DNA of 47,298 nt from contig JBAQDW010000495.1 in the NCBI GenBank assembly GCA_049286445.1, positions 1 through 47,298 on the forward strand. Direction: 5' to 3'. The position numbers and the translations under genes were made by a program. Below are positions 1 through 12,511 of this stretch, piece by piece; within the stretch, counting starts at the first letter, position 1, and the number at the start of each line of letters is the position of its first letter. This DNA is from Rhodoferax sp. (GTDB taxonomy: Bacteria; Pseudomonadota; Gammaproteobacteria; Burkholderiales; Burkholderiaceae_C). A model generated the notes under the pieces. It saw only the letters and a list, made by a program, of their open reading frames with translations. It made no database searches and was not told the DNA's origin.

Positions 1-98
1 GGGAACACATCAATCTGACCGGCGATTACCTCTGGCGCAGCAGCACCAAGGTCGGCGCAGGCAAGTTCAGACCGTTGCGACCACTGCCACCGGCTTAA
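1..98 (+). pseudogene. tnpA: 3' tail of a Tn3-family transposase (continues from ~47174 across the junction)
   Basis: Translates [35 protein letters not shown], similar to but distinct from the C-terminus of the TnpA ending at 12478. Confidence 0.9.
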
Positions 99-115
99 CG
101 TGCTTTATTTTCCGT
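1..115. repeat. Terminal overlap, identical to 47184-47298 (circular contig, ~47,183 bp)
   Basis: GGGAACACATCAATCTG...TTATTTTCCGT occurs at both window ends, 115 nt. Confidence 0.97.
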
Positions 116-131
116 TTTCTGAGACGATCCC
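94..131 (-). mobile_element. 38-bp Tn3-family (Tn21-like) terminal inverted repeat
   Basis: Reverse complement GGGATCGTCTCAGAAAACGGAAAATAAAGCACGTTAAG; 35/38 identical to the IR at 46501. Confidence 0.92.
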
Positions 132-299
132 AAGTTCAAAGACGCATTGAAATCGCTTTGTGCCGAGTCTGTTCCATTCGAATTCCAAGTCGTTGACTAC
201 ACGCTTACCAATGACTCGTTGACCGTCTACCTAGAGCGCTGGAACGAACTGCGTGGCCTCAGCCCCGAAGAAAAGCAGCTCGGTTTGACACGCAACTAA
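132..299 (+). pseudogene. 3' remnant (55 codons) of an unknown gene upstream of hsdM, cut by the Tn end
   Basis: Open frame KFKDALKSLCAESVPFEFQ...QLGLTRN* starts right at the IR and stops 38 nt before hsdM. Confidence 0.55.
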
Positions 300-337
300 C
301 CTGATGCCTCAGACCCCCTCTCTAGAATCGAGCACTT

Positions 338-1951
338 ATGGCAAACCAACTTACCCTCGACACGCTCGAATCATGGCTATGGGAATCCGCGAACATTCTA
401 CGCGGCTCTATTGACTCGTCGGACTTCAAGAACTACATTTTTGGCCTGCTGTTCCTGAAACGCTTCAACGATGTGTTCGAAGAGCGCGTCGCCCAGCTGA
501 TGCAAGCCGAGGGTCTGAGTCAGGCCGAAGCCGAAGAAGAGGTCGAGGACAAATGGGGGCACTTTCCAGCCACGGCTCGTTGGAATGCCTTGATTGCCCA
601 TACCCAAAACATCGGCGAAGCACTGGACAAAGCTTTTGCCACCATTGAAGCCAACAATCCAGAGCTCCAGCACGTCCTCACCGCCACCCAGTACGGGGAC
701 AAGCGCGTGCTGTCGGATGCGACCTTACAGCGCCTGCTGCGCCACTTTAATCAGTACAAACTCGGCAATGCTGACCTCTACAAGGCAGACATGCTCGGTG
801 ATGCCTACGAATACCTCATCAAGCAATTTGCTGACGATGCCGGCAAGAAGGGGGGCGAGTTCTATACCCCCAAGGCCGTAGTGCAGCTGGTGGTAGAGCT
901 CATCGACCCGCAACCTGGCCACAGCGTTTATGACCCGACCTGTGGCAGTGGTGGCATGTTGGTGGAAAGTGCTCACCACATTGCAAAATTGCCCGGGGGG
1001 CTGCTCTTGGGTGATAAGCCCAATGTGCTCCTCTATGGCCAAGAAAAGAACTTGGGGACTTGGGCGATTGCCAAGCTCAATCTCTACCTGCACAACATGC
1101 GCGCCGAGCTGGAGCGCGGTGACACCCTGGTGGACCCCAAACACCTGGATGGCGATTACCTGAAAACTTTTGACCGGGTGATTGCCAATCCACCGTTCTC
1201 GGCCAAGGCGTGGTGGTCTCCGCTGGAGCTGGCCAACGAAACCGAGCAGGAAGGGGACAAAAAGCCCAAGGCTCCCAACTACAAGCAGGTCAGCGACCCT
1301 TATGGGCGCTTTGTTTACGGTATCCCGCCGCGTGGCTACGGCGACCTTGCCTTTGCCCAGCACATGCTGGCCAGCCTTAAAGCGGATGGCTGCATGGGCA
1401 TCATCCTGCCGCATGGCGTGCTGTTCCGTGGGGGCGAGGAAGGCAAGATTCGCGAGGGCTTGCTGTTTGGTACCGATGCGGCCAGCGGTAATCAGCCCGG
1501 CGACCTCATCGAGGCGGTCATTGGCTTGCCATCGGCGTTGTTCTACAACACCGGTATCCCCGCCTGTGTGCTGGTTTTGAACAAGCGCAAGCCCGCAGCC
1601 CTGAAGGGCAAGGTCATCATCATTGATGCCAGCCGCGACTACGTGGAAGGCAAGGCCCAGAATAGCCTACACCCTGAAGACATTGCCCGCATTGTCAGCA
1701 CCCACAGAGCGGCTTTCGACTACCAAACCGAGGTAGAGAACTACTGCCGGGTAGTCACACTGGACGAAATCCGCAGCAACGACGGCAACCTGAACATTGC
1801 CCGCTACATCGACAACGGGGAGACCGAAGAAACCGTGGATGTGGCTGCCACCTTGGCGCAACTGGTTGCGTTGGCCGAGGAAGAAGCGCAGGTTGATGCC
1901 CGGTTAAATGGCTATCTGGTGGAGTTGGGGTTGCTGGAGACTGAGGCATGA
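338..1951 (+). CDS. hsdM: Type I restriction-modification methyltransferase subunit
   Basis: N-terminal [30 protein letters not shown] motif and NPPF catalytic motif. Confidence 0.97.
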   Translation: MANQLTLDTLESWLWESANILRGSIDSSDFKNYIFGLLFLKRFNDVFEERVAQLMQAEGLSQAEAEEEVEDKWGHFPATARWNALIAHTQNIGEALDKAFATIEANNPELQHVLTATQYGDKRVLSDATLQRLLRHFNQYKLGNADLYKADMLGDAYEYLIKQFADDAGKKGGEFYTPKAVVQLVVELIDPQPGHSVYDPTCGSGGMLVESAHHIAKLPGGLLLGDKPNVLLYGQEKNLGTWAIAKLNLYLHNMRAELERGDTLVDPKHLDGDYLKTFDRVIANPPFSAKAWWSPLELANETEQEGDKKPKAPNYKQVSDPYGRFVYGIPPRGYGDLAFAQHMLASLKADGCMGIILPHGVLFRGGEEGKIREGLLFGTDAASGNQPGDLIEAVIGLPSALFYNTGIPACVLVLNKRKPAALKGKVIIIDASRDYVEGKAQNSLHPEDIARIVSTHRAAFDYQTEVENYCRVVTLDEIRSNDGNLNIARYIDNGETEETVDVAATLAQLVALAEEEAQVDARLNGYLVELGLLETEA

Positions 1952-3234
1952 GTGCGGTTGGTAAGCCGGGTCATCATGAAACCGCTGCAGGTTGGATACC
2001 CGCTGATTGGTCCGCATTGCCACTTGGCGCAATCGCGTTTGTCAGGAAGGATAAGGGTGTTGCCAAGCAAGGTCTCCCGTGTGTTGAGCTTGAGCACGTT
2101 GAGCCTGAAACCGGTCGCCTGCTGGGGTGGGATAGCAGTGGCACGCAGGCCAGTATCAAGACGTCCTTTAAGCAGGGCGATGTGCTGTTCGGCAAGTTGC
2201 GTCCGTACCTTCGTAAGTACGCTATCGCTCCATTCGATGGCATCTGTACCACGGAGATATTGGCGATTCACGCTAGGGATGGCCAGTCTGACAGCCGATT
2301 CCTCTTTCACTTGATGCAGGGCGATGGAGTCTTCGCGACGGTCGAGGCGCTGTCATACGGAACAAAGATGCCTCGCGTTAGTTGGACCGACTTGTCTAAC
2401 ATTGTTCTCGGTGTTCCGCAGCTCCCCGAACAGCAAAAAATAGCCGCTATCCTGACCACAGTGGACGACAAGCTGGACATAATTGCACGCCAGATAGAAG
2501 CCACCCAGACCCTTAAGCGCGGGCTGATGCAAACCCTGTTTAGCCGGGGTGTCGGCACCCAAGATGCTGATGGCCATTGGGTTCCCCATACCAATTTCAA
2601 GGACAGTGAGCTAGGGGAGATTCCGGAAAATTGGGGGGCTTTACCCATTGGCATGCTTTTTGAGGTTGTCGAGCGTGCCGTGAAAATGGCCGATGAGCAA
2701 AACTATCGCCGTGTGACGGTCAAACGCCGGCACGGTGGCATTGAACTCCGAGATGAACTGTTAGGCCGCGACATCAAGGTTAAAAGTCAATTTGCGCTTG
2801 AGCCCGATGACTTCTTGATTTCGGAGCGGCAGATTGTGCATGGTGCCTGCGGCATTGTTCCCAGTTGGCTGGCCGGGGCATTGGTGTCCAATGAGTACTT
2901 GGTGCTGAAGGCGCGAGATATAGTTGATGTAAGGTACTTCAACTACCTCGTTCAACAACTGAAGTACGCAAAGTACTTCATTCTGTGCAGCCAGGGTGTG
3001 GATATCGAGAAGTTCCTCTTTAAGCCGAAGGATTGGCTTAAAAAACTGGTGCCAGTTCCTCCTGTCGCAGAGCAAGCCCGAATGGCGAACGTACTCACCA
3101 CAGCGGACGAGAAGCTGATTGCCCTGAGGGCCAAACAGGGTGAATTGCAGCAGGTAAAACGCGGCCTGATGCAAAAGCTCCTCACCGGCGAATGGCGGGT
3201 CAAGGTTGATGAGACCCCTGTTGCCGTAGTTTGA
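1948..3234 (+). CDS. hsdS: Type I RM specificity subunit
   Basis: Two TRD plus conserved helix repeats ([13 protein letters not shown] / [20 protein letters not shown]); ATGA overlap with hsdM. Confidence 0.96.
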   Translation: MSAVGKPGHHETAAGWIPADWSALPLGAIAFVRKDKGVAKQGLPCVELEHVEPETGRLLGWDSSGTQASIKTSFKQGDVLFGKLRPYLRKYAIAPFDGICTTEILAIHARDGQSDSRFLFHLMQGDGVFATVEALSYGTKMPRVSWTDLSNIVLGVPQLPEQQKIAAILTTVDDKLDIIARQIEATQTLKRGLMQTLFSRGVGTQDADGHWVPHTNFKDSELGEIPENWGALPIGMLFEVVERAVKMADEQNYRRVTVKRRHGGIELRDELLGRDIKVKSQFALEPDDFLISERQIVHGACGIVPSWLAGALVSNEYLVLKARDIVDVRYFNYLVQQLKYAKYFILCSQGVDIEKFLFKPKDWLKKLVPVPPVAEQARMANVLTTADEKLIALRAKQGELQQVKRGLMQKLLTGEWRVKVDETPVAVV

Positions 3235-3241
3235 TGGCTTT

Positions 3242-4114
3242 ATGGTCTCTGATGTAGCTCAACCCCCCGCAGACGCTCTGGAGAACCTAGAACGCACGGT
3301 GCAGCGCAAGCTGGGGCGCTGCATGATTCGCCTGCAGCAATACGAAAATTTGCTCAAGCAGGTGGTGGCCCATGCTCAGATTGCCGGGCTGCCAGAGCAG
3401 TTACCAGCGATTCAAGAGGCCCAGGTAGCCTGTGCCCATAAAAAAACCTTGGGCACCTTGGTCGGCATGTTGACCGAGGGCTATTTAACCCCTGCGGGGC
3501 GGAACGAGGCAGCCGATGAAGACCCACAGCTTAATGAGATGTGGTTTCGGTTCAGCTGTCGTATCGAACTAGACACTGATGAGCGTTATCAGGCAATCAC
3601 CACGGCACTCAAGGAACTGGTAGACCTGCGCAATGAACTGGTTCATCACTTTCTGCAGCGCTTCAACATCTGGAACCCTGCGGGGTGTACAGCGGCCGAG
3701 GCTTACTTGGATGTCAGTTATCAATCCATTGATACGCATTACCTGACCCTGCAACAATGGGCGCAAGGCATGGACAGTGCGCGGGCTATGGCCGCCTCCT
3801 TTTTGTCCTCCCCGCAGTTCAAAGACCTCTTGTTCGATGGCATTGCCCCCGATGGCTCGATAGATTGGCCAGCCAGCGGCGCTGTGCGCTGCCTACGCGC
3901 GGCAGAGACCCTACATGCTGCTACTAAGGGCTGGGTTCATCTGAACACGGCAATAGCTTGGATACGCCAAGAACACCCCACCCAGCACCCCCAACGCTAC
4001 GGCTGTGGCAGTTGGCGGCAGGTGATTCACGAATCGCAGCAGTTCGAGATACGAAAATCCATGCACCCAGAAACCGGTGCTGGCGAGGTTTGGTATCGCA
4101 GCCGTAAGGAGTAA
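3242..4114 (+). CDS. Hypothetical protein with C-terminal OST-HTH/LOTUS-like domain, inserted between hsdS and hsdR
   Basis: C-terminal GWVHL...[20 protein letters not shown] fits OST-HTH; N-terminal helical region has RNELVHH (HEPN-like Rx4H). Confidence 0.7.
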   Translation: MVSDVAQPPADALENLERTVQRKLGRCMIRLQQYENLLKQVVAHAQIAGLPEQLPAIQEAQVACAHKKTLGTLVGMLTEGYLTPAGRNEAADEDPQLNEMWFRFSCRIELDTDERYQAITTALKELVDLRNELVHHFLQRFNIWNPAGCTAAEAYLDVSYQSIDTHYLTLQQWAQGMDSARAMAASFLSSPQFKDLLFDGIAPDGSIDWPASGAVRCLRAAETLHAATKGWVHLNTAIAWIRQEHPTQHPQRYGCGSWRQVIHESQQFEIRKSMHPETGAGEVWYRSRKE

Positions 4115-4140
4115 CGCACTGTGCAGGGAGCAAAAACCAC

Positions 4141-7100
4141 ATGAGCCAGTCACCGGAAAAAACCGGGGTTGAGACCCCTGCCATCGAATCCTTGGTCAAG
4201 CTGGGCTACACCCATTTGCCCGGTCATGCGGTACAGGTGGAGCACCGCCACCTAGCCCCGCTGCTGGAGGACGTACTGCGGCCCCGATTGCTGGCCTTGA
4301 ACCCTTGGCTTGCGGCTGCTCCCGGTGGTGTCGATGCGGCGCTGATTGAGCTGCGTAAGCGCGTCAATGATGAACTGCTCCCAGCCAATAAAGCCTTTTG
4401 GGAGCAGGTGGTGCACCGCTCGGATATCCAGCTCAAGGACGCTGAGGGCAAGCCGCGCAGCGTGCGCTTCTTCAATGCCAGCATGCCCAGCCACAACGAC
4501 TTTCATGTGGTGGACCAGTATGTGGGCAAAAATGCCGATGGCGACCTGTTTCGCCCAGATTTGTTGCTGTTCGTGAACGGCTTGCCATTGGCCATCATCG
4601 AATGCAAGGCCAGCCACCACCGGCTGGATGAGGCACTGGCGCAACTGGATGGCTACCAAGCCAGCTTTCCGGCCCAGTTCGTGTTCAATCAAGTCTGCGT
4701 CGGCATCAACCTCCGAGAGGGGCTGTATGGAGCCATCCTCACTAAACCCGCCTTTTATGCTCGCTACCGCTTGGAAGAGGCCGAGCTGGCAGCTGCGGCC
4801 AGTGTGTTGGGTGCAGACCCTAGCGAGCAAGACCGATTGCTTTGGGCGCTATTTGAACCAAGCCGGTTTTTGGAACTTATCACCCACTTCATTCTGTTCG
4901 AGACCCGAGAGGGCAAGACGGTCAAGAAGTTGCCTCGCTATCAACAATGGCGGGCTGTGCGCAAGGCAATCACCCGGCTGACAGCCGCTAAGCCTCTTGG
5001 GGGCGTGGTCTGGCACACGCAGGGCAGCGGTAAATCGCTGACTATGGCGCTGTTGGCCCGGATGTTGCGGGCAGACAGCACGGGGCTCAATAACCCCACG
5101 GTGCTGGTACTCACCGACCGCAAGGACCTCGACAAGCAAATCTTCGACACTTTCCACGCAGTTGGCATTAAAGCCATCCAGGCAGCCTCGGTGAGCGGGC
5201 TGGTCAAGCTGTTGGGCAACGATTACGGTAGCGTTTTCACCAGCACGGTGCAGAAGTTCCAAGAGAAAGAGCAGGTTGCTGACCCTAGCGCCAGTGCAAT
5301 CGATGAGGATGACGACCTGCTACAAGCGACTCGGCATAGAAGATTGCGCGTTGATAAAGAGTTTTTCATGGTGGCGGAGCGCAATCTCCACCATGGCCAG
5401 CACGATGAAGATGGCGTGCTGTTAGCGGCCAAGTGGGAAGAAATCAGCCGCGAAAAAATCACCTTTGAGGTGTTGAGCGCCAAGCCGAACTTCTATGTCT
5501 TGGTTGATGAAGCCCACCGCAGCCAATACGACTTCTTGGCGGCTTTCATGCGGGGCAGTCTGCCCCATGCCAAGTTCGTCGCCTTTACAGGCACGCCGCT
5601 GCTGACCGATGACAAACACACCTTGGCCGAGTTTGGCGGCGATGCCTACATTGACGAATACCGCCTACACGAGTCTGTGGCCGATGGTGCCACGCTGCCC
5701 ATTAAGTACCAAGATGCCTGGGTCAAGCTCGCCCCCAATGCCAAGCTTGACCAAGCATTCAAAGACCAATTTTCTTCAGAGAACGAGGCACGGCAGCAAG
5801 CCTTAAAGAAAGAACTGCTGGCTCGATGGCGGCAGGCCGGTGACCGCATGGAGCAGGTGGCGGCGCACCTCATTGAGCATTTCCTTGCCAATGTACAGGC
5901 CAAGGGGTTGAAGGCCATGCTGGTCTGTGACGGGCGCAATATGGCCGTTCGGTATAAAGATTTGCTGGATGGTCTGATGCAAGAGCGGCAAGCCAAAGGG
6001 CTGCCTACCTTTGAGAGCCGGGTCGTTATCTCGCTTGCCAGCGCTACGGCATCACGCTCAGGCGCGAGCGAGCGGGAGGAGGCAGTAGAGCGCGGTACAG
6101 ATAAAGAAGCAGTTCAGACGATTGAGGAGCGCGTGAAGGCTGAAATCAAGGCTGGAAAACAGCCAGTAGCTCTACCCAACGAGCAGATTTCCAACTTCGT
6201 GTCTAAGTTGTTCCCGCTGCCCTATGGCGATGAGGCCAAGGGCAAGGACGGGCAGCCGCATGCCAATAACGTGGGTCTCATCATCGTGTCCGATATGCTG
6301 CTCACCGGCTGGGATGCGCCCATTGTGGGAACCATGTACCTGGACAAACCGCTGAAAGAACACACGCTTTTGCAAGCCATTGCCCGGGTGAACCGTACCC
6401 TAACGGGTAAGAACGCAGGCTATATCGTTGATTACCACGGTGTTGTGGAGCACCTTGACCACGCCCTGAAAATCTACGGCGGAGAAGTTCAAGCGGCTCA
6501 AGTGTGGGCAGGTGTTGAAAGCGAGCTGCCCAAGCTGCAAGCGGCCCTCGGCCGCATCCTTAGCCTGCTGCCTAAAACGCATGACCCGGTTAGCCAGCGC
6601 GAAAACTACAAAGAGGATGCAGAACGGTTCCTTGACCCTGCCAGTCGGTTGGACGTGGTGGAAGACTTCTTGGATTGGGTGAAACGCTTCAATCGAAGCA
6701 TGGACATCATCTTGCCTGATGCACGAGGCGTGCCATTCAAGCCCTACTTCACCCTGTTTGCAGAAATCCGGCTGATGCTGCGCGATAAGCTGCCTGGTGC
6801 AACGTATCGGGAACGTATTACCCGGTTGGAATCGGCGCTCTTGCAGCAGTTGCTGGACGATTATGTAGATGCCAGCCCTGCCAAGAGCCTGCTCGGCAAA
6901 GAGGTGTCGATTCTGGATGCCAGCGACATGGCCAGACTGAAGAAGCTGGCCAGCCCCGTCAGTCTGGCACTGGTGATGAAGAACCAGCTCAAGCACACGA
7001 TTGTCACCGGTAGGGACAAAGACCCAGCCTTCTTCGATAAGCTGGCCGAGCAGCTTGAAAAGTTGCTGGCTGAAGAGGCGGCTGGTCGTATCAGTCAGGC

Positions 7101-7422
7101 CCAGTTCTTGGAGCAACTTGACCTGTTTGGCCAGCGTATCAAGGATAAAGACAACACCGGCTTCGAGCATCCAGCCCATTCAGCGGTTTATCACTATCTG
7201 GCTTCACTGCTCACTGAAGAACCGGCCCGCATCGCCACGACCAGGCTGTTCCAGGATGCGGACCTAAGCCGCACCATGGCGGCGAATTGGAAGCAGATGC
7301 ACGACCTGCACCCAGAATTGCGCGCCCTGCTGCACAAGTTGTTAATTCCGTTGGCAGGGTGGGAGCGCTCGGTCGCACGTGAGCATGCCAAGCGCATCAT
7401 GGATATCCTGCTGAAGAACTGA
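4141..7422 (+). CDS. hsdR: Type I restriction endonuclease subunit R
   Basis: [19 protein letters not shown] nuclease motif, HTQGSGKS Walker [19 protein letters not shown]. Confidence 0.97.
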   Translation: MSQSPEKTGVETPAIESLVKLGYTHLPGHAVQVEHRHLAPLLEDVLRPRLLALNPWLAAAPGGVDAALIELRKRVNDELLPANKAFWEQVVHRSDIQLKDAEGKPRSVRFFNASMPSHNDFHVVDQYVGKNADGDLFRPDLLLFVNGLPLAIIECKASHHRLDEALAQLDGYQASFPAQFVFNQVCVGINLREGLYGAILTKPAFYARYRLEEAELAAAASVLGADPSEQDRLLWALFEPSRFLELITHFILFETREGKTVKKLPRYQQWRAVRKAITRLTAAKPLGGVVWHTQGSGKSLTMALLARMLRADSTGLNNPTVLVLTDRKDLDKQIFDTFHAVGIKAIQAASVSGLVKLLGNDYGSVFTSTVQKFQEKEQVADPSASAIDEDDDLLQATRHRRLRVDKEFFMVAERNLHHGQHDEDGVLLAAKWEEISREKITFEVLSAKPNFYVLVDEAHRSQYDFLAAFMRGSLPHAKFVAFTGTPLLTDDKHTLAEFGGDAYIDEYRLHESVADGATLPIKYQDAWVKLAPNAKLDQAFKDQFSSENEARQQALKKELLARWRQAGDRMEQVAAHLIEHFLANVQAKGLKAMLVCDGRNMAVRYKDLLDGLMQERQAKGLPTFESRVVISLASATASRSGASEREEAVERGTDKEAVQTIEERVKAEIKAGKQPVALPNEQISNFVSKLFPLPYGDEAKGKDGQPHANNVGLIIVSDMLLTGWDAPIVGTMYLDKPLKEHTLLQAIARVNRTLTGKNAGYIVDYHGVVEHLDHALKIYGGEVQAAQVWAGVESELPKLQAALGRILSLLPKTHDPVSQRENYKEDAERFLDPASRLDVVEDFLDWVKRFNRSMDIILPDARGVPFKPYFTLFAEIRLMLRDKLPGATYRERITRLESALLQQLLDDYVDASPAKSLLGKEVSILDASDMARLKKLASPVSLALVMKNQLKHTIVTGRDKDPAFFDKLAEQLEKLLAEEAAGRISQAQFLEQLDLFGQRIKDKDNTGFEHPAHSAVYHYLASLLTEEPARIATTRLFQDADLSRTMAANWKQMHDLHPELRALLHKLLIPLAGWERSVAREHAKRIMDILLKN

Positions 7423-7424
7423 CA

Positions 7425-8135
7425 ATGCCGCTGTTCCAGTACGGCCAAACTACCTTTGAGTGGCACTTCCAGTCCGATGCCAAGCTCAAGCGGCATTACG
7501 TGACCGTCGAGCGTGGGCGGCTGGTGTTGCTGCGTGGGCCCTTGGTCGGGGAGGTCGAACAAGAGGCCTTGGTTCGGCAGCGTGCCCGCTGGATTCGCGA
7601 CCAACTGCAGTTGGTCAATCAGCCACAGACTATGGATGCGATTGTCACAGGCAGCCGCTTGCGCTACTGTGGCCGGAGCTACTTCACTGAGGTGAGACAC
7701 GCCCCTAACTTGGCCAAGCCTCGGCTGACCTTTACGGCATCGCGTTTCATTATCGAGAACCCTACTGGTTCAAACATTCAGCCCGACATGATTGCCCCCT
7801 TATTAGAGGACTTCTACCGCGAGCGCGCCCATGAAAAGTTACTGGCTCGCGTGCGCCACTGGGAGCGACAGACAGGCATGCAAGCGCATGGTGCACGCAT
7901 TCGACACTTTCAAAGTCGGTGGGCCAGTTGCAATTCAAACAACGTACTGGAGTTTCACCCCCGAGTGATGGTGCTACCTGCCAGCGTGCAGGACTACGTT
8001 ATCGTCCATGAGTTATGTCACACCGTTGAGAAAAGCCATACCAAAGCGTTCTGGGCACTGGTGGCCCGAAACATGCCTCACTGGCAACGGCAGCATGCCA
8101 TGCTGGAGGGAGCGGAATTTGGGAATGCGATTTGA
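7425..8135 (+). CDS. M48/YgjP-like (DUF45) zinc metallopeptidase family protein
   Basis: RWASC and DYVIVHELCH (HExxH)...H...FW motifs; usual position after hsdR. Confidence 0.9.
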   Translation: MPLFQYGQTTFEWHFQSDAKLKRHYVTVERGRLVLLRGPLVGEVEQEALVRQRARWIRDQLQLVNQPQTMDAIVTGSRLRYCGRSYFTEVRHAPNLAKPRLTFTASRFIIENPTGSNIQPDMIAPLLEDFYRERAHEKLLARVRHWERQTGMQAHGARIRHFQSRWASCNSNNVLEFHPRVMVLPASVQDYVIVHELCHTVEKSHTKAFWALVARNMPHWQRQHAMLEGAEFGNAI

Positions 8136-8175
8136 GGGCTGAGAGATGGCCCCACTATAGCTGTAGTCCCCTACA

Positions 8176-8243
8176 TGTCTAAAAATCCATCGTTTTTATG
8201 CACGTTCGGGCTAATATGTATAGAAATTTAGATTTTCTATACA
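8176..8243. promoter_or_regulatory. Operator-like inverted repeats upstream of the fic gene
   Basis: TGTATAGAAA-N7-TTTCTATACA (8217-8243) and a degenerate copy TGTCTAAAAA-N7-TTTTTATGCA just upstream. Confidence 0.5.
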
Positions 8244-8264
8244 AATAAGCTGTCCCGCCGTACC

Positions 8265-8738
8265 ATGAACTCACTGCTGCCACCGCTTGAAATGTTGAAC
8301 CCGTCGCGGTTTGATACCCCGGCTATCCTCAAGAAGCTGGCCAGCAGCAGTCGTCGCCTGGCGGAACTTAAAGGGGTGGCTGCATCCATCCCCAATCAGG
8401 GTATCCTCATCAACACCTTGGGTCTGCAAGAAGCCAAAGACAGCTCGGAAATCGAGAACATCGTCACTACCCACGACGAGCTGTTCAAAGACGATGCCGA
8501 CCCTGATGCTTTCACTAACCCCGCCGCCAAAGAGGTGTTGCGCTATCGCCAAGCCCTACGGGTGGGGTTTGAGCAGGTGCGCGCCAGTGGATTGCTCACA
8601 GCCAACCACATCATTGAAATTCAAGCGGAGTTAGAGCGAAACCATGCAGGATTTCGTAAGCTGCCTGGCACGGCGCTGAAGGATGGTGCCGGCCGAACGG
8701 TCTATACCCCTCCCCAAGACCCGGTAGAAATCGTGGAG
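8265..8738 (+). pseudogene. fic: Fic-family protein (Fic_N domain), truncated by the Tn3 element before the catalytic HPFxxGNGR motif
   Basis: LAELKG..SIPNQGILINTL.LQEAKDSSEIENIVTT and VYTPP; frame runs into the IR at 8739. Confidence 0.9.
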
Positions 8739-8771
8739 GGGGTCACTTCAGGAAACGGATCACAGCGTACG

Positions 8772-9329
8772 TTAAGCCTGCGAGGATGCCGGAATCCAGC
8801 GGTACAGAGTTGGCACGGACACGCCCAGGTTCTTGGCCACGTCGCGCGGCGGCACGCCGCTGGCCAGCAGCTTCCTGGCTGATTCGATTTTGCTGTCGGT
8901 CATTTTCCGCTTGCGCCCGCCCTTGCGGCCCAGCTGGCGGGCGGCTTCCAGCCCTGCACGGGTACGCTCTCCCGTCAGTTCCCTCTCCATCTCGGCCAGG
9001 CTGGCCATGACATGAAAGAAGAATCGGCCCGAGGGTGTTGCTGTGTCGATGGCGTCCGTCAGGCTCTTGAAATGCACGCCCTGCTGGTGCAACTGGCCGA
9101 CCAGGTCCACTAGGTTCTTGACGCTGCGGCCCAGCCGATCGAGTTTCCACACGACCAAGGTGTCGCCCTCACGCAGCATTTCCAGTGCCTTGGCCAGACC
9201 GGGCCGCTCGGCCCGGCTCCCGCTCATCTTTTCATCAAAGAGCCTGTGGCAGCCCGCCTTGGTCAAGGCGTCGATCTGAAGATCAAGGTTTTGATCCAGC
9301 GTAGAGACGCGTGCATAGCCGATCAGCAT
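8772..9329 (-). CDS. tnpR: Serine resolvase
   Basis: MLIGYARVST, VVWKLDRLGRS, C-terminal HTH (LGVSVPTLYRW). Confidence 0.96.
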   Translation of the reverse strand: MLIGYARVSTLDQNLDLQIDALTKAGCHRLFDEKMSGSRAERPGLAKALEMLREGDTLVVWKLDRLGRSVKNLVDLVGQLHQQGVHFKSLTDAIDTATPSGRFFFHVMASLAEMERELTGERTRAGLEAARQLGRKGGRKRKMTDSKIESARKLLASGVPPRDVAKNLGVSVPTLYRWIPASSQA

Positions 9330-9354
9330 GCCAGACCACGATTGATTTGTTCCA

Positions 9355-9500
9355 TCTTCTGTGCTTTCTCAAAACTCGTTAAATGGTAGAGCTTTGAGAA
9401 TATAGTTTCAAGAACTATTTCTGAGAATCAAAGAGCCTTGATTCTGCGTGCGGCATGAGGCACACCGCAAAGCTTCTCAAAATCCTACGTTTCCAAGAAG
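9355..9500. promoter_or_regulatory. Putative res site and divergent promoters
   Basis: Imperfect TTCTCAAA...TTTGAGAA-type inverted repeats between divergent tnpR and tnpA. Confidence 0.65.
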
Positions 9501-9505
9501 ACCCC

Positions 9506-12478
9506 ATGCCCCGTCGTTCGATTCTTTCTGTCGCCGAGCGCGACAGCCTGCTTGCCCTGCCTGCTACCCAGGATGAACTCATCCGGCACTACACGCTCAG
9601 TGAAACCGACCTGTCAATCATTGGCCAGCATCGCAAAGCAGCGAACCGGCTGGGTTTCGCCGTCCAGCTTTGTTACATGCGCCATCCTGGCGTGACATTG
9701 GAAATAGACGAGGAGCCGTTCGCGCCGTTGCTGCGCATGGTGGCCGCACAACTCAAGGTGACGCCAGAGTGCTGGGCTGAGTATGGTCAGCGTGCCGAAA
9801 CGCGCCGCGAACACTTGCTTGAGCTGCAATCGAACTTCGGTTTCCAGACTTTCACAACCCGACATTACCGTGCCAGCATTCAAAGCTTGGAAGAGTTGGC
9901 CCTGCAAACCGATAAAGGCATCGTGCTGGCCTCCGAACTGACCGATGGAATGCGCCGAAAAAGCATTCTGCTTCCCTCTCCGAATGTCATCGAACGTATC
10001 TGCGCCGAAGCCATCACCCGCGCCAACCGGCGCATTTACGCCGCACTGACGGACCCCCTGTCGGCCGTTCACCGGCAGCGCCTGGACGAGCTGCTCAAGC
10101 GCAGGGAAGGCAGCAAGGGAACCTGGCTGGCATGGCTGCGCCAGTCGCCCGTCAAGCCGAACTCGCGCCACATGCTCGAACACATCGAGCGCCTCAAGGC
10201 CTGGCAGGCGCTGGACCTGCCGCAGGGTATCGAGCGGCTGATCCACCAGAACCGGCTGCTCAAGATCGCCCGCGAGGGCGGCCAGATGACGCCCGCCGAC
10301 CTAGCCAGGTTCGAAGTCCAGCGGCGCTATGCGACCCTGGTGGCGCTGGCCATCGAAGGCATGGCCACCGTCACCGATGAAATCATCGACCTTCACGACC
10401 GCATCATCGGCAAGCTGTTCAACGCGGCCAAGAACAAACACCAGCAGCAGTTCCAGGCCTCGGGCAAGGCCATCAACGACAAGGTGCGCCTGTACGGGCG
10501 CGTCGGCCAGGCACTGCTCGAAGCCAAACAAAGCGGCGCCGATCCCTTTGCGGCCATCGAATCTGTCCTTTCTTGGGATGCGTTCGCCGCCAGCGTCGGG
10601 GAAGCGCAAAAGCTCGCGCAGCCGGCGCAGTTCGATTTCCTGCACCGCATTGGCGAGAGCTATTCCACGCTGCGCCGTTATGCGCCTCAATTCCTGGAGG
10701 TTCTGACACTGCGGGCGGCGCCGGCCGCCAAGGGCGTGCTGGGTGCCATCGACGTGCTGCGCGGCATGAATGCCGACAACGCCCGCAAGGTGCCTGCCGA
10801 CGCGCCGACCGCGTTCGTCAAGCCGCGCTGGGCCAGGCTGGTTCTGACTGACGAGGGCATCGACCGGCGCTACTATGAACTGTGCGCGCTGTCCGAACTC
10901 AAGAACGCGCTGCGCTCGGGCGATGTCTGTGTGCAGGGCTCGCGCCAGTTCAAGGATTTCGAGGACTATCTGGTGCCCGCCGGGAAGTTCGCCGCAATGA
11001 AGCTGGCCAGCCAGCTGCCGCTGGCCGTTGACACCGATTGCGAGCAGTACCTGCAGAGCCGCTTGTCGCTGCTGGAGCAGCAGCTTGCCACGGTCAACCG
11101 CCTGGCGACAGCCAACGAGCTGCCCGATGCCATCATCACCACCGGGTCGGGCCTGAAGGTCACGCCGCTGGACGCGGCGGTGCCTGAGACCGCCCAGGCC
11201 CTGATCGAGCAGGCTGCGGCGCTGCTGCCGCACGTCAAGATCACCGAGCTGCTGATGGAAGTCGATGAGTGGACCGGTTTCACCCGGCACTTCACGCACC
11301 TCAAGACCGGGGGCAGTGCCCCGGACAAGGCCTTGCTGCTCACGACGATTCTGGCCGACGGAATCAACCTGGGCCTTGCCAAGATGGCCGAGTCTTGCCC
11401 CGGCACGACCTACGCCAGGCTGTCCTGGCTGCAGGCTTGGCACATCCGGGACGAAACCTACTCATCGGCCCTTGCCGAGTTAGTCAATGCCCAGCTTGGG
11501 CAGCCCTTTGCCGGGAACTGGGGCGACGGCACCACGTCCTCCTCGGACGGCCAGCGCTTCAAGGCGGGAGGGCGGGCCGAGAGCACCGGACACATCAATC
11601 CCAAATACGGCAGCGATCCGGGACGCATGTTCTACACCCACATCTCCGACCAGTACGCGCCCTTCAGCGCCAAGGTGGTCAATGTCGGCGTGCGCGACTC
11701 CACCTATGTGCTCGACGGCCTGCTGTACCACGAGTCGGACCTGGCGGTCGAGGAGCATTACACCGACACGGCGGGCTTTACCGATCACGTCTTTGGGCTG
11801 ATGCACCTGCTGGGCTTTCGCTTCGCGCCGCGCATCCGGGATCTGGCTGACACCAAACTGTTCATCCCCAAGGGGGATACCAGCTATGACGCGCTTGGGC
11901 CGATGATCAGCAGCGACAGGCTGAACATCAAACATATTCGTGCCCACTGGGATGAGATCCTGCGGCTGGCCGCCTCCATCAAGCAGGGCACGGTGACGGC
12001 CTCGCTGATGCTCAGAAAGCCCGGCAGCTATCCGCGTCAGAACGGCCTGGCCGTCGCCCTGCGCGAACTCGGGCGCATCGAGCGCACGCTGTTTATCCTT
12101 GACTGGCTGCAAAGCGTGGAGCTGCGCCGGCGCGTGCAGGTCGGACTGAACAAGGGCGAGGCGCGCAATGCGCTGGCCAGGGCGGTGTTCTTCTACCGGC
12201 TCGGAGAAATCCGGGACCGCAGCTTCGAGCAGCAGCGCTACCGCGCCAGCGGCCTGAACCTCATCACGGCGGCCATTGTGCTGTGGAACACCGTGTATCT
12301 GGAGAGGGCCGTCAATGCGCTGCGGGGTCATGCAAAGCCCGTGGATGATGCGCTGCTGCAGTACCTCTCGCCGCTGGGCTGGGAGCATATCAACCTGACG
12401 GGCGACTACCTGTGGAAAAGCAGTGCCAAGGTCGGTGCGGGCAAATTCAGGCCGCTACGGCCAATGCCGCCTGCTTAA
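9506..12478 (+). CDS. tnpA: Tn3-family DDE transposase (Tn21/Tn501-like)
   Basis: MPRRSILS start, [48 protein letters not shown] at 9506 preferred over 9455. Confidence 0.96.
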   Translation: MPRRSILSVAERDSLLALPATQDELIRHYTLSETDLSIIGQHRKAANRLGFAVQLCYMRHPGVTLEIDEEPFAPLLRMVAAQLKVTPECWAEYGQRAETRREHLLELQSNFGFQTFTTRHYRASIQSLEELALQTDKGIVLASELTDGMRRKSILLPSPNVIERICAEAITRANRRIYAALTDPLSAVHRQRLDELLKRREGSKGTWLAWLRQSPVKPNSRHMLEHIERLKAWQALDLPQGIERLIHQNRLLKIAREGGQMTPADLARFEVQRRYATLVALAIEGMATVTDEIIDLHDRIIGKLFNAAKNKHQQQFQASGKAINDKVRLYGRVGQALLEAKQSGADPFAAIESVLSWDAFAASVGEAQKLAQPAQFDFLHRIGESYSTLRRYAPQFLEVLTLRAAPAAKGVLGAIDVLRGMNADNARKVPADAPTAFVKPRWARLVLTDEGIDRRYYELCALSELKNALRSGDVCVQGSRQFKDFEDYLVPAGKFAAMKLASQLPLAVDTDCEQYLQSRLSLLEQQLATVNRLATANELPDAIITTGSGLKVTPLDAAVPETAQALIEQAAALLPHVKITELLMEVDEWTGFTRHFTHLKTGGSAPDKALLLTTILADGINLGLAKMAESCPGTTYARLSWLQAWHIRDETYSSALAELVNAQLGQPFAGNWGDGTTSSSDGQRFKAGGRAESTGHINPKYGSDPGRMFYTHISDQYAPFSAKVVNVGVRDSTYVLDGLLYHESDLAVEEHYTDTAGFTDHVFGLMHLLGFRFAPRIRDLADTKLFIPKGDTSYDALGPMISSDRLNIKHIRAHWDEILRLAASIKQGTVTASLMLRKPGSYPRQNGLAVALRELGRIERTLFILDWLQSVELRRRVQVGLNKGEARNALARAVFFYRLGEIRDRSFEQQRYRASGLNLITAAIVLWNTVYLERAVNALRGHAKPVDDALLQYLSPLGWEHINLTGDYLWKSSAKVGAGKFRPLRPMPPA

Positions 12479-12511
12479 CGTACGCTGTGATCCGTTTCCT
12501 GAAGTGGCCCC

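Larger units (their letters stand above)
8739..12511. mobile_element. Tn3-family transposon (3773 bp): IR-tnpR-res-tnpA-IR, no cargo
   Basis: 38-bp IRs at 8739-8776 and 12474-12511 (37/38 identical); no 5-bp target duplication (TGGAG vs AATCA). Confidence 0.95.

Noticed and set aside
8265..8882. 205-aa Fic ORF as a functional SoFic-type defence gene
   Set aside because: The last ~47 aa come from the transposon and the catalytic Fic motif is missing.
9614..12388. Long antisense ORFs (210, 380, 302 aa) within tnpA, and similar shadows in hsdM, hsdR and other genes
   Set aside because: Expected shadows of GC-rich coding sequence; no RBS or motifs, unlike the TraH case.
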